DNA from: Gemmatimonadales bacterium | GTDB taxonomy: Bacteria; Gemmatimonadota; Gemmatimonadetes; Gemmatimonadales; GWC2-71-9 | Assembly (NCBI GenBank): GCA_965249575.1 | Contig: OZ252244.1 | Coordinates: 256,001-320,000 of the forward strand | Length of the DNA stretch: 64,000 nucleotides | Reading direction: 5' to 3' | Shown here: positions 1-9,905 of the stretch, in pieces | Numbering within the stretch: the first letter of the stretch is position 1 | How the letters are laid out: each line of letters begins with the position of its first letter | The notes under the pieces: generated by a model | What the model was told of the DNA's origin: nothing | Seen by the model: the letters and a program-made list of their open reading frames with translations, nothing else | Databases searched by the model: none | Program-made: the position numbers and the translations under genes

Positions 1-195
1 TCTGTCCCCCCGCCGGAGATGCCGGGTTGGGTCGCCACATCCGTAGTCCCGCTCGAGGATCTCTTTGGGAATCACCATGAGGTACCGGGGATCGTAGCTC
101 ACGGGACAGCAAAGCTCTTCCTCGCGCGCGTGGGCCCCGGCGCTGTATCGGGCGCGAACGGCAGCGTCGGTATCGAGGGGGGTGACGGCAGTCAT
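1..195 (-). CDS. ArsM-like SAM-dependent methyltransferase, N-terminal part (runs off window)
   Basis: Hand translation (absent from ORF track): MTAVTPLDTDAAVRARYSAGAHAREEELCCPVSYDPRYLMVIPKEILERDYGCGDP. CC and YGCG motifs as in arsenite methyltransferase-like proteins; AGGAG upstream of ATG at 195. Confidence 0.7.
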   Translation of the reverse strand, partial: MTAVTPLDTDAAVRARYSAGAHAREEELCCPVSYDPRYLMVIPKEILERDYGCGDPTRHLRRGDR

Positions 196-305
196 GCGAA
201 CTCCTGTCATGGATATCGACTCGGACACGTCCCTGTAAGGACGAAAACCAATCCGGAACTCTCACGGTTCCCTGCTCGGGTGGCACCGCCCACCATCCCC
301 CACCC

Positions 306-355
306 TTGACAGGCGACCGGTCATTGTGTATCTATATATCCGGATATACGGATGA
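306..355 (+). promoter_or_regulatory. Putative sigma70 promoter and palindromic operator of the ArsR-methyltransferase/ahcY operon
   Basis: TTGACA at 306-311; TGTG-TATCTA 17 bp downstream; perfect palindrome TATATCCGGATATA at 335-348; ATATCCG-N6-CGGATGA at 336-355 overlapping the ATG. Confidence 0.6.
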
Positions 356-1383
356 ATACTGAACACTTGGTGGTCCTCGAACGGCTGAGCGCCCTTGCCG
401 ATCATACGCGGATCCGGGTACTCCTCATGCTTGAGGGTCATGAGCTCACCGTTGGGGAGCTCACAGCCGTCCTCCAGCTGCCCCAGTCCACCGTGAGCCG
501 CCATCTGAGGGTTCTGGCCGACGACGGCTGGGTGGTCTCTCGCACCGACGGAACGAGCCATCACTATCGGATGTCGCTCAACGAACTGGATCCCGATGCC
601 CGCCGGCTGTGGTTTCTCGTCCGCGACCAGGTGGCTAGCGCCTCAGACCAGGACGGGCTGCGGCTGCGGAGCGTTCTGTCGGACCGTCGGAGGAAGTCCA
701 CGGAGTTTTTCTCTACGGTGGCCGGGCGCTGGGACCATATCAGGGCGGAGCTGTTCGGCTCCCGGGCAGAGCTTGCCGCGCTGCTCGCGTTGCTCGATGA
801 GCGCTGGACGGTGGGCGATCTCGGGTGCGGCACCGGGCAGGTGTCCGCGTCGCTCGCACCGTTCGTCCGTCGGGTGATCGCGGTAGATGCGTCGAGTGCG
901 ATGCTCGAAGCGGCGGCTGAGCGGTTACGTGCGCTGAGAAGCGTGGAGTGCCGCGGCGGCGAGCTGGAGTCACTACCGATTGGCGATGGAGAGTTGGACG
1001 CGGCTATTCTCTTTCTGGTACTGCACTATGTCGCCGAGCCGCCGCGCGTTCTTGCAGAAGTCCACCGGGCGCTCAAACCGGGTGGACGGCTTTTGGTCGT
1101 GGACATGCTGCCACACGATCGGGACCAGTATCGGCCGGAGATGGGACACGTATGGCAGGGCTTTAGTGAGAAGCAAGTAAACGACTGGCTGAGCGATACC
1201 GGGCTTCGCATGACCCGGCACGTGGCGTTGCCGCCCGACCCGGATGCAAAGGGCCCGCCGCTCTTCGCGATAACGGCCCAGCGGGACGCGCTCGATCGCG
1301 CCGCGCAAACGGCGCGGCAAGACCAGATGACGCCGCCAGTTGCCGAGGGACCAACGGGTCAACACCGAACGATCAAACAATGA
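352..1383 (+). CDS. sahR: ArsR-family HTH fused to SAM-binding methyltransferase-like domain (SahR-type regulator)
   Basis: ArsR HTH ([24 protein letters not shown]), class I MTase motif VGDLGCGTG, directly upstream of ahcY. Confidence 0.8.
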   Translation: MNTEHLVVLERLSALADHTRIRVLLMLEGHELTVGELTAVLQLPQSTVSRHLRVLADDGWVVSRTDGTSHHYRMSLNELDPDARRLWFLVRDQVASASDQDGLRLRSVLSDRRRKSTEFFSTVAGRWDHIRAELFGSRAELAALLALLDERWTVGDLGCGTGQVSASLAPFVRRVIAVDASSAMLEAAAERLRALRSVECRGGELESLPIGDGELDAAILFLVLHYVAEPPRVLAEVHRALKPGGRLLVVDMLPHDRDQYRPEMGHVWQGFSEKQVNDWLSDTGLRMTRHVALPPDPDAKGPPLFAITAQRDALDRAAQTARQDQMTPPVAEGPTGQHRTIKQ

Positions 1384-1394
1384 GGAGTCGAACT

Positions 1395-2885
1395 GTGGCA
1401 ACCGTCGCTATCGCAACACACCCGTTTACCGCCGCCCGCGAGGCAGGTCGGGACCCATACAAGGTCGCCGACTTGGGCCTCGCGGAATTCGGCCGGAAGG
1501 AAATCCGCCTCGCCGAGCACGAGATGCCGGGCCTGATGGCGTTGCGCGCGGAATTCAAGAAGCAACAGCCCCTGAAGGGCGCGAAGATCATGGGCTCGCT
1601 GCACATGACGGTGCAGACCGCCGTTCTCATAGAGACCCTCGTGGAGCTGGGTGCCGACGTGCGCTGGGCGTCCTGCAACATCTTCTCTACACAGGATCAC
1701 GCGGCAGCTGCCGTCGTCGTCGGGCAAAACGGCACCGCGGCCGATCCTCGCGGCGTCCCGGTCTACGCGTGGAAGGGCGAGACGCTCGAGGAATACTGGT
1801 GGTGCACAGAGCAGACGATGATGTGGCCGGACGGTTCGGGCCCCACGCTCCTGCTGGACGACGGCGGTGACGCGACCCTGTTGGTGCACAAGGGCGCGGA
1901 ATTCGAGAAGGTCGGCGCCGTACCCAGCTTCGACCCGAACGCCGAGCCCGAGGAATACGGAGTCATCTTGGCCCTGCTTCGGGCGCAGCAGCAACAGAAC
2001 CCGGGCCGCTGGACCCGAACGGGCGAGGGCATCCGCGGGGTATCGGAGGAGACGACTACAGGTGTGCACCGGCTCTACCAGATGACCGAGGATGGCACCC
2101 TGCTCTTCCCCGCCATCAACGTCAATGACTCGGTGACCAAGAGCAAATTCGACAACCTCTACGGCTGCCGGCACTCCCTGACCGACGGCATTCTGCGGGC
2201 GTCCGACGTCATGCTTGCGGGCAAAGTGGCAGTGGTGTGCGGCTACGGCGAAGTGGGCAAGGGGTGCGCCCAGTCCCTTCGGGGTCAGGGAGCGCGGGTC
2301 GTCATTACGGAGATCGATCCCATCTGCGCCCTACAGGCTGCGATGGAGGGATATGAGGTCACGACGCTGGAGGAGGTCGTTGCGACCGCCGATATCTTCA
2401 TCACGGCTACCGGCAACAAGTCCATCATCTCGGCCGCGGACATGGCGAAGATGAAAGACAAGGCCATCGTCGGGAACATCGGCCACTTCGACAACGAGAT
2501 CGACATGGCCGGCCTCAAACAGGTCAAGGGGATCGAGCGGATCAACATCAAGCCGCAATACGACGAATGGGTCTTCCCGGACGGCCATAGCGTCATGATC
2601 CTGGCCGAAGGCCGGCTGCTCAACTTGGGCTGTGCGACCGGGCACCCGAGCTTCGTGATGTCGGCGAGCTTTTCCAATCAGGTGATTGCTCAGGTGGAGC
2701 TGCACCAGAATGCCGACAGCTACCAGCGGAGGGTCTACATGCTGCCCAAACACCTGGACGAGAAGGTTGCCCGGCTGCACCTCGACAAGCTCGGCGTCAA
2801 GCTCACTACCCTCTCCAAGGACCAGGCCGACTACATTGGCGTGCCGGCGGATGGGCCGTACAAGCCGGAGTTTTATAGGTATTAG
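1395..2885 (+). CDS. ahcY: Adenosylhomocysteinase
   Basis: [52 protein letters not shown] start with GAGGAG SD. Confidence 0.98.
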   Translation: MATVAIATHPFTAAREAGRDPYKVADLGLAEFGRKEIRLAEHEMPGLMALRAEFKKQQPLKGAKIMGSLHMTVQTAVLIETLVELGADVRWASCNIFSTQDHAAAAVVVGQNGTAADPRGVPVYAWKGETLEEYWWCTEQTMMWPDGSGPTLLLDDGGDATLLVHKGAEFEKVGAVPSFDPNAEPEEYGVILALLRAQQQQNPGRWTRTGEGIRGVSEETTTGVHRLYQMTEDGTLLFPAINVNDSVTKSKFDNLYGCRHSLTDGILRASDVMLAGKVAVVCGYGEVGKGCAQSLRGQGARVVITEIDPICALQAAMEGYEVTTLEEVVATADIFITATGNKSIISAADMAKMKDKAIVGNIGHFDNEIDMAGLKQVKGIERINIKPQYDEWVFPDGHSVMILAEGRLLNLGCATGHPSFVMSASFSNQVIAQVELHQNADSYQRRVYMLPKHLDEKVARLHLDKLGVKLTTLSKDQADYIGVPADGPYKPEFYRY

Positions 2886-2940
2886 GGGATAGGGAGTGAA
2901 GAGTAGGGGATAGGGAGTGTCCCCCTATCCCCTATTCCCC
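2883..2940. terminator. Heptamer-repeat hairpin between convergent genes (likely bidirectional terminator)
   Basis: TAGGGGATAGGGAGTG at 2883 and 2904; inverted CCCTATCCCCTA at 2923-2934 gives a 12-bp stem. Confidence 0.5.
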
Positions 2941-3491
2941 AATTGCGCTCGCACGTTCTGAATCTGCAGCACGTGCCGTTCGGCATGGGTTACCAGGATC
3001 TCAAAGCAATCCCCAAGGTTCAAACGCAGGAACCGACTGACGGGAGACGAGATTCGCGCTCGGGTCAGATCGTACCCGTCAGCTTCGCGCATGAAGTCCG
3101 CGAGCAGCTCCTGGCGGCTCAGGAATTCACTGAGTGCGCCTGCACGAACCGCGGGACCCGGGACAAAAACGCGGGGCGCGCGCAGCCTTCGATTGGAGTC
3201 GCGCATGGCCGGGATCAGCCGCTTCCCTACGAAACTCGGCTTCCGCTTGCGCAGCTTGCGCGGCTTCCCACGCTCGGCAGCCCGGTCGAGAGCGTCCCGG
3301 ATGCGGGGGTGGTACTCGTCGAATGTCACGATGAGGTGTTCGAGGCAGAGGCCGACGCTCCAAGCCTTTGAGTCGGGCCGCCAGATCAGGTCCTCAGCTC
3401 CTATGCCCTCCACCGCGGCCTGCACCGTTCCGTTGATGGACTCGACCCGGGGCATGAGCCCAGCGAGATGTGGGTCCTTGAAGTCAGACAT
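2925..3491 (-). CDS. DinB superfamily protein
   Basis: WSVGLCLEHL...HAERHVLQI histidine pattern. Confidence 0.85.
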   Translation of the reverse strand: MSDFKDPHLAGLMPRVESINGTVQAAVEGIGAEDLIWRPDSKAWSVGLCLEHLIVTFDEYHPRIRDALDRAAERGKPRKLRKRKPSFVGKRLIPAMRDSNRRLRAPRVFVPGPAVRAGALSEFLSRQELLADFMREADGYDLTRARISSPVSRFLRLNLGDCFEILVTHAERHVLQIQNVRAQLGNRG

Positions 3492-3535
3492 TCGATCGGG
3501 CTACGGGACAGCGTGGGCGCGAGCGCACGGTCGTC

Positions 3536-3913
3536 TCACCCTTCCCCGCGACTCCCGCTCTTTCGACTCCATTTCGCTCGGCGGTTCCGCCCAATCTTCT
3601 TACGCGCCGCAACGGCGATGGCTTTGTCCACCCAGCCCCGAAGCGCTTCTGGGTCTTCCAGGATTTCCTCCGGGACGGGATAGTACTGCATGGTGGCGCC
3701 CCCCTCGCCGAACGGCTGGAACGGGCTGAGGCCCCGATCTTCGTAGTCGCCCAGGTTCGAACCATCGACCTTGAAATACAACGAATCGTCATCCATCAGC
3801 GCGAAGAAGAGGTTGGCAGAATAGATGCCAACGCCGCCGAACATGTTCCGAGACGTGATTGGCACCACCCGGCCCAGCTGTTCGAGCGCGTACTCGTGAA
3901 ACGTATTGCTCAT
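3536..3913 (-). CDS. TfoX/Sxy N-terminal domain protein
   Basis: RNMFGGVGIY...FFAL...LYFKVD...YYPVPEEILED; ATG overlaps upstream stop. Confidence 0.85.
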   Translation of the reverse strand: MSNTFHEYALEQLGRVVPITSRNMFGGVGIYSANLFFALMDDDSLYFKVDGSNLGDYEDRGLSPFQPFGEGGATMQYYPVPEEILEDPEALRGWVDKAIAVAARKKIGRNRRAKWSRKSGSRGEG

Positions 3914-4329
3914 GTCCCGTCCGTGACCCCCCAAATTTCCGGCGTTGCCATCTCGAGCAGATTGCCCGCCGGATCTCGAAAGTAGAACGATTCCCCGCCT
4001 CGAGGCCACGATTGTTCGTGCTCGATGGCCACGCCGTGCCGCTCAAGCCGCTCCCGCCACGCTTGCAGCTCCGATGCCCGGGCTCGGAATGCTACATGCC
4101 CGGGGCCGCGCGTACCATGGCCCGGGACCGGCCCGCTGGAGGCGGCCGCCAACTCCCTCGTGCTGTCGGGATTGAAGATCAGAAACACCGCGTCCCCACA
4201 CCTGAAGAAAACGTGCCGGCCGGCGGCGCGGGCGATGCGCTCGAGTCCGAGAACCGAGGCGTAGAATCGCTCGGCGGCGTCCAAGTCGGTCGCATAGACC
4301 GACGTCTCGAGCACGCCTCGGATCTCCAT
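3910..4329 (-). CDS. VOC/glyoxalase family protein
   Basis: LETSVYATDL...FYASVLGL...GPGHVAF...SFYFRDPAGNLLE. Confidence 0.9.
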   Translation of the reverse strand: MEIRGVLETSVYATDLDAAERFYASVLGLERIARAAGRHVFFRCGDAVFLIFNPDSTRELAAASSGPVPGHGTRGPGHVAFRARASELQAWRERLERHGVAIEHEQSWPRGGESFYFRDPAGNLLEMATPEIWGVTDGT

Positions 4330-4393
4330 CAGTGCGCTCTCATGACTGCGCGGGCCGAAAAGATCAGCGAGTTCCGGTGGTGCAAAGCGGCGC

Positions 4394-4753
4394 TCAGATC
4401 CGCTGCGGGGCAGCCACCGTACGCTCACTGGTGACGTTCCCGGTGTTCATCGTCCCGGCGGGCTCAAACATCAAGAGATGAACCTCCTCATCGGCAACGG
4501 GTCGATGCTCGATCCCCCGTGGAACGACGAGCAGCTCTCCCTTCGCAAGGTCGACCGTCCGGTCCCGGAATTCCATTCGCAGCGTCCCCTTGAGAACGAG
4601 AAACAGCTCATCCTCAGCGTCGTGCCGGTGCCAGCCGAACGGTCCCACCAGCTTTGCCAGCTTGACGTGCTGGCCGTTCAGTTCCGCAACGATCTTGGGC
4701 TGCCAGTATTCGGAAAACAAGCGAAACTTTTCGTCGAGATTCACTTTGTCCAT
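4394..4753 (-). CDS. Cupin domain protein
   Basis: WHRHDAEDELFLVLKG...VVPRGIEHRP cupin motifs. Confidence 0.9.
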   Translation of the reverse strand: MDKVNLDEKFRLFSEYWQPKIVAELNGQHVKLAKLVGPFGWHRHDAEDELFLVLKGTLRMEFRDRTVDLAKGELLVVPRGIEHRPVADEEVHLLMFEPAGTMNTGNVTSERTVAAPQRI

Positions 4754-4808
4754 GAACGACCTCGAGTCTCTCGGAACGCGTCGGTGCGGACCGGTCCCGG
4801 CGGGATTC

Positions 4809-6392
4809 TCAGGTGACGGGAGTGGCGGCGTAGGAGCGACGGTTCTCGAAGGTGCCCCACACGCGGCGCAAGCGGTCGCTGATCTCTCCTACGGTTGCGC
4901 GGGCGCGCACCGCCTCGATGATCGCCGGCATGAGGGGCTCCTCGCCTTCGGCGGCGACGCTCAGCACTTCGAGCGCCGACTCCCAGCGCCCCGTATCGCG
5001 GTGCACGCGGGCCCGCGCCAGCCGCTCGCGCTGCTCGGCGGCCAGACCGGAGTAGTCGGGAGCGGAAATCGCCGGAGGCGTTTCGTCTTCGATAAAGCGG
5101 TTGACGCCGACCACGGGCTCCCCACCGTTTTCCAGGGCCCGGTGATGCGCATACGCGGCCTCGGAAATGGCATCTTGAAAGAACCCTTTCTCGATCGCAG
5201 CCGCCGCACCGCCCAAGGAGTCGATTTTCGAGACGAGCTTCCCGGCCTCATGCTCGATCGCGCCGGTCAAGTGCTCGACGTAATACGAACCGCCCAGCGG
5301 ATCGACGGTCCGCGTGGCGCCCGATTCATGGGCGAGTATCTGCTGAGTTCTGAGCGCGAGCTTGGCCGCGTTAGCCGACGGTAATGCCAGCGCTTCGTCA
5401 TAGCCGTTGGTGTGGAGCGACTGTGTGCCGCCGAGCACAGCCGCGAGGGCCTGGATCGCGACGCGCACGACGTTGTTGAGGGGCTGCTGTGCCGTGAGGG
5501 TCGATCCGCCGGTCTGGGTGTGAAACCTCAGCAGACAACTCTTGTCGTTCCCTCTAAAACGGTCGCGCACGATTTTGGCCCATAACCTCCGGGCGGCACG
5601 AAACTTCGCCACCTCTTCGAAGAGGTCGTTGTGTGCCGCGAAGAAGAACGAGATTCTGGGCGCCAGCGCATCGACCTCGATCCCCGCTCGAGTGGCCCGG
5701 TCCAGGTACTCGATCGCGTCGGACAAGGTGAACGCCACCTCTTGCACGGCGGTCGCCCCCGCCTCGCGTATGTGATACCCGCTGACCGATATGGGATTGA
5801 ACGGCATGCCCTCGTCGGTGACGAACCGAAAAACGTCCGTTATTAGCCGCAGAGAGGGCTCCGCAGGGTAAATGTACGTTCCACGAGCGGCATATTCCTT
5901 GAGCACATCGTTCTGGATCGTGCCCCGCAGCTGTGATGTGGGAACGCCCTGCTCCTCTCCCACGACGATATACATCGCCAGAAGCACGGCCGCCGTCGCG
6001 TTGATGGTCATCGAGGTGGACACCTCGGCCAACGGTATTTCCTCGAAAACCTGTGCCAGGTCGTCCACGGTATCGACCGCAACGCCCGCTCGGCCCACCT
6101 CACCCTCGGCAACCGGCGCATCCGAGTCGTAGCCCATTTGCGTCGGGAGATCGAACGCGATGGACAGCCCCGTCTGGCCGGCCGCGAGCAACTCCCGAAA
6201 TCGGGCGTTGGTCACCGCGGCATTGCCGAATCCCGCGTACTGCCGCATGGTCCATAGACGACCACGGTACATCGTGGGATAGACCCCGCGCGTAAACGGG
6301 AAAACGCCCGGCGGCTCGGGCGATGTCCCGCCCTGCGGCCCGTAAACCGCCTCGATGGGGATTCCCGACGGTGAGGTCCTGTCCTCGCTCAC
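4809..6392 (-). CDS. Methylmalonyl-CoA mutase, substrate-binding subunit (no B12-binding domain)
   Basis: PFTRGVYPTMY, WTMRQYAGF, AFDLPTQMGYDSD, SVSGYHIREAG, QSLHTNGYDEA. Confidence 0.92.
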   Translation of the reverse strand: MSEDRTSPSGIPIEAVYGPQGGTSPEPPGVFPFTRGVYPTMYRGRLWTMRQYAGFGNAAVTNARFRELLAAGQTGLSIAFDLPTQMGYDSDAPVAEGEVGRAGVAVDTVDDLAQVFEEIPLAEVSTSMTINATAAVLLAMYIVVGEEQGVPTSQLRGTIQNDVLKEYAARGTYIYPAEPSLRLITDVFRFVTDEGMPFNPISVSGYHIREAGATAVQEVAFTLSDAIEYLDRATRAGIEVDALAPRISFFFAAHNDLFEEVAKFRAARRLWAKIVRDRFRGNDKSCLLRFHTQTGGSTLTAQQPLNNVVRVAIQALAAVLGGTQSLHTNGYDEALALPSANAAKLALRTQQILAHESGATRTVDPLGGSYYVEHLTGAIEHEAGKLVSKIDSLGGAAAAIEKGFFQDAISEAAYAHHRALENGGEPVVGVNRFIEDETPPAISAPDYSGLAAEQRERLARARVHRDTGRWESALEVLSVAAEGEEPLMPAIIEAVRARATVGEISDRLRRVWGTFENRRSYAATPVT

Positions 6393-7411
6393 GACGACGC
6401 GACCTCTTGGTGCTCGGCCACCGTGCGGTTGATGAACGCCACGTCGTCGCGGCTCCCGATCACCAGGGGCGTGCGCTGGTGCAGCGCTGCGGGCACGATG
6501 TCCAGAATGGGCTGAACGCCGTTGGATGCCGCTCCCCCAGCCTGCTCCGCAATGAGCGCCAGAGGGGCGGCCTCATACAGCAGTCGAAGCTTGCCTTTCG
6601 GTGACTTGGAGTCGGCCGGGTACATGAAGACCCCGCCGGCCACCAGGTTCCGATGAAAGTCCGCGACGAGCGAGCCGATGTACCGCGCGTTCTTTCTCGC
6701 GTCGTCGTTCCCATCAGCTCCTTTGAAAACACTCACTGCCCTCCGATAGGCTTCGGACCACCGACGGTAATTGCTCTCGTTGACGCTGTAGTACTTCCCA
6801 ACCGCCGGCGTCTCGAGGTTGGTGCAGTTGAGCAGGAACTCACCGATGGTCGGATCGAGCGTGAAGGAGTGCACCCCAGTGCCCGATGTGTACACCAACA
6901 CGGTGCTCGATCCGTAAATCACGTATCCCGCGGCCACCTGGCTCCGGCCGACCTGGAGACAATCTTCCAGGGTGCCGGGACCCTCGTCGCTCAGCCGCCG
7001 GTGTATGGAGAAGATCGTCCCGATCGACACGTTGACGTCGATGTTCGACGACCCATCGAGAGGGTCGAAGAGGACGACATACTTGGCCCGCCCCGCGCTC
7101 TCCGTGGTAGGGATCGGATTCTCTTCTTCCTCAGACGCCATCACGGCCACTCGCCCGCTGCGGCCCACCGTGAGTTTCAAGGTGTCGTTCGCGATCAGGT
7201 CGAGCTTTTGCTGAATCTCTCCCTGCACGTTGCGCGACTCAGCGCTGCCCAGAACGTTGATGAGCCCTGCGCGACGCACGTCGCGCGAGATGATCTTGGC
7301 GGCAACCGTGATGTCGTAGAGGAGATTGGAAAGTTCTCCGGTTGCTCCCTCGTGCAACCGTTCCTGCTCCATGATGAATCGCTCGATTGTGTTAAGCGAC
7401 GTACCAGGCAC
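6389..7411 (-). CDS. fbp: Class 1 fructose-1,6-bisphosphatase
   Basis: FDPLDGSSNIDVN, RYIGSLVADFHR, GKLRLLYE; GTG at 7411 with GGGAG SD. Confidence 0.95.
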   Translation of the reverse strand: MPGTSLNTIERFIMEQERLHEGATGELSNLLYDITVAAKIISRDVRRAGLINVLGSAESRNVQGEIQQKLDLIANDTLKLTVGRSGRVAVMASEEEENPIPTTESAGRAKYVVLFDPLDGSSNIDVNVSIGTIFSIHRRLSDEGPGTLEDCLQVGRSQVAAGYVIYGSSTVLVYTSGTGVHSFTLDPTIGEFLLNCTNLETPAVGKYYSVNESNYRRWSEAYRRAVSVFKGADGNDDARKNARYIGSLVADFHRNLVAGGVFMYPADSKSPKGKLRLLYEAAPLALIAEQAGGAASNGVQPILDIVPAALHQRTPLVIGSRDDVAFINRTVAEHQEVASS

Positions 7412-8329
7412 CGTAGCGTCTCCCGTAGAGTGGCCGGCCTCCCCTGCTCGACTGAAAAATAGCGCCCATTCGACCGGATCGTTACGGTCCCGCCTCGATC
7501 CGTCCGAAACACACGAATGCCCCGCTTGGCGAGTCGCTCGAGGACCTCCGGGGCGGGATGCCCGTAGCTGTTCGACCCAACGCTGATCACGGCCGCATCG
7601 GGATCGACCGCTTCGAGCCACGCGGCCGTCGTGCTGCCGGCGGACCCGTGGTGCGCGACTTTCAGCACCTCGACGTCGCCCACCGACCCGAGAAGATGCG
7701 CCTCGGCTGCCGCGCCGATATCGCCGGTGAGTATGGCATCAAACGCGCCGTAGGACACCCGCACCACCACCGAGTTCTCGTTTGGGACGATCTCCTTGCG
7801 AGCCCATGCCGGTGAGGGGTGCAGGACCGCCACGGTGACGGAATCGGCCACGAGGGTATCTCCGGCCCGGGCGGCCCGCCAGGTAGCGCCGGTCCGATCC
7901 AGTGCCTCGAGGTATTCGAGATACAGACGCGTCCCGTGCGCCTGCGCCGGTTCCAACACCAGCGCCGGATCCAGGGCCCGGATGACCGCCGGCACGCCTC
8001 CCAGGTGATCGGCGTCGGCGTGGGTGGCTACCAGGACGTCCAGCCGCGGCACGGCCTGACGCCGAAGAAACGGCAGGACGACGGACCGCCCGGCATCGAT
8101 CCAGAGTGTGCGGGGCCCGGCATCGACGAGGAGCCAGCTCCCCGGGGCGTCCGAATCGCAATCGCATCTCCCTGCCCAACGTCCAGAAAATACAGCGCAA
8201 GACCGGGGTACCGGTCGGTGGCGCACCAAGTGGATTCAGCGGCGATTCCCCAGCTCGATGCGGCAACAGCCGCCGTCAGACGGACGCGGGCGACCGCCCA
8301 CGTGGGTCTGGCGCGGCAGAGCCACACCG
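7195..8329 (-). pseudogene. comEC: ComEC/Rec2 C-terminal metallo-beta-lactamase part (frameshifted at ~8332 and ~8142; possibly assembly indels)
   Basis: FLDVGQGDA lies in one frame; THADADHLGG, NENSVV, KVAHHGS and YGHP lie in the next. Confidence 0.75.
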
Positions 8330-9612
8330 TTACATCAGCAGCCCGAACCATGGGACGGCAAACGCGACCCCGGCGGTCTCGCGTATGTGCCCGAACGGGA
8401 CGCGGCTGGCAACCTCGGCGATGCGCTCGAGAATAGCCAGGACGGCACCGGTGCCGGCCGCCATGGTCGAGCCAAGCGCAATGCTTGCGAACAAACCGGG
8501 GACCGCAAATCCGGCAAGCGGGACCGCGGCCAGATTCGCCACGACACCGATGGGTGCGACGGCCCCGAAAACGAACGCGGTAATGGGGGCGGTGGCCACC
8601 GTCGCGCCGACGGACGCGGCGAGCAGGTTCATGAGCGCCGAGCCCCGGACGGACTGAGGCAACATCCTTCGCGCGGTGTCCGTGCCCCACACCGCTGCAG
8701 TGGAAAGCCATGCGCCAACGCTCGTCGCGGCTCCAGGATCGACGCTCACGACCGCAAGCACCGCGACGGCCAGCACCGCCGACGGAGGCGGATGCCGCTG
8801 CCGCAGCCGTCCGGCCGCCTGTACGGTGACAAAGGTGGCCGCTCGAGTAGCGGGCGCTGGAAACCCGAGGAGCGCCACGTAGCACCAGGTGACCGTCGTG
8901 CTCACAACCCACACCCACCGTCTCATGCCCAGCCACCGAAGCGCCAGCAGTACCCACCCGGCGGCGATGCCAACGTGGAGCCCCGAGATGGCGAGGAGGT
9001 GCGCGAGGCCCGCGTCGGCAAACTGCTGCCGAATCGCGGGCTCAAGATCACCTCGGCGGCCAAGGACCAGCGCATGTACGATCGGTGCACGCTCACCGTA
9101 GAGGTGGGCGAGCCGCATGGCCACTTGATCGCGTATCACGAAACGGAGGCCGGCACGGCTACCCAGTAACCGGAAATGGTGTACGCGAAACACACCACCC
9201 CCGCGATAGATCCCCACCGCGACGAGGTGCCGGCCGGCGATAGGGGCGTCCGGCGTCATCCGCAGACGGAGGTCGCCGCCACACCCACCCGCGGCGTGTA
9301 GAACGGCCCCCGATGTAACGCCTCGCCGCCCGGGCCGGTCCTGGACCGCGATGAGCGCCGCGTGTGGCCCCGGTGCCCACTGCGCCGCGCACGTGAGCCG
9401 TTGGGCCAGGCGGTGCACCGTTCCGATTCCCAACCCAACCACGGCGGCGGCAAGGAGATACGAACCGGTGCCCCGCCGAACCAGCGACAGAGCGGCCGCG
9501 GCGATACCAATCGCCGCAGCGCCCCTTGGTACCAAAAAAACGAGGCCGACCCAGAGGCCAGCCCCGAAGGCAATTGCGAGCCGCGCCACGGACGGCCCTA
9601 GAACGGGGTCAC
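8330..9612 (-). pseudogene. comEC: ComEC/Rec2 N-terminal competence (membrane) domain, ends at frameshift
   Basis: FADAGLAHLLAISGLHVG signature and many TM segments. Start uncertain (9588-9652). Confidence 0.8.
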
Positions 9613-9905
9613 CCCCTCCCTCCAGCTCCCGGTGACGGAGCGGGATGACCATCTCGGGGCGATGCCTGCACCCGCCGGAACCCTTCCATCAGTACGACCG
9701 CGACGCTGGCCCGCTCCTGGTCACCCTCCATGGATACGCGCTCGATCACCTCACCCGCGTTTTGCGTGACGTATCGCGGGGAAAGGCGGTTGAGTGCGTA
9801 CACGTACACGTCTTCCTTGCAGAGATCGCACCCACAGAACGTCGGGAAATCGGTTCTCAGCCGGTCGTATTCACTGGCGACCACACCCTCCGTAACGTTC
9901 TTTAC
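9609..9905 (-). CDS. ComFB family protein
   Basis: KNVTE...CGCDLCKEDVYVYALNRLSPRYV. Start uncertain (GTA at 9905 or GTG at 9884). Confidence 0.8.
   Translation of the reverse strand, partial: VKNVTEGVVASEYDRLRTDFPTFCGCDLCKEDVYVYALNRLSPRYVTQNAGEVIERVSMEGDQERASVAVVLMEGFRRVQASPRDGHPAPSPGAGGRG

Noticed and set aside
1320..1395. Possible SAH/SAM riboswitch upstream of ahcY
   Set aside because: The region is the coding tail of the regulator and I could not see the riboswitch consensus. An Rfam scan would settle it.
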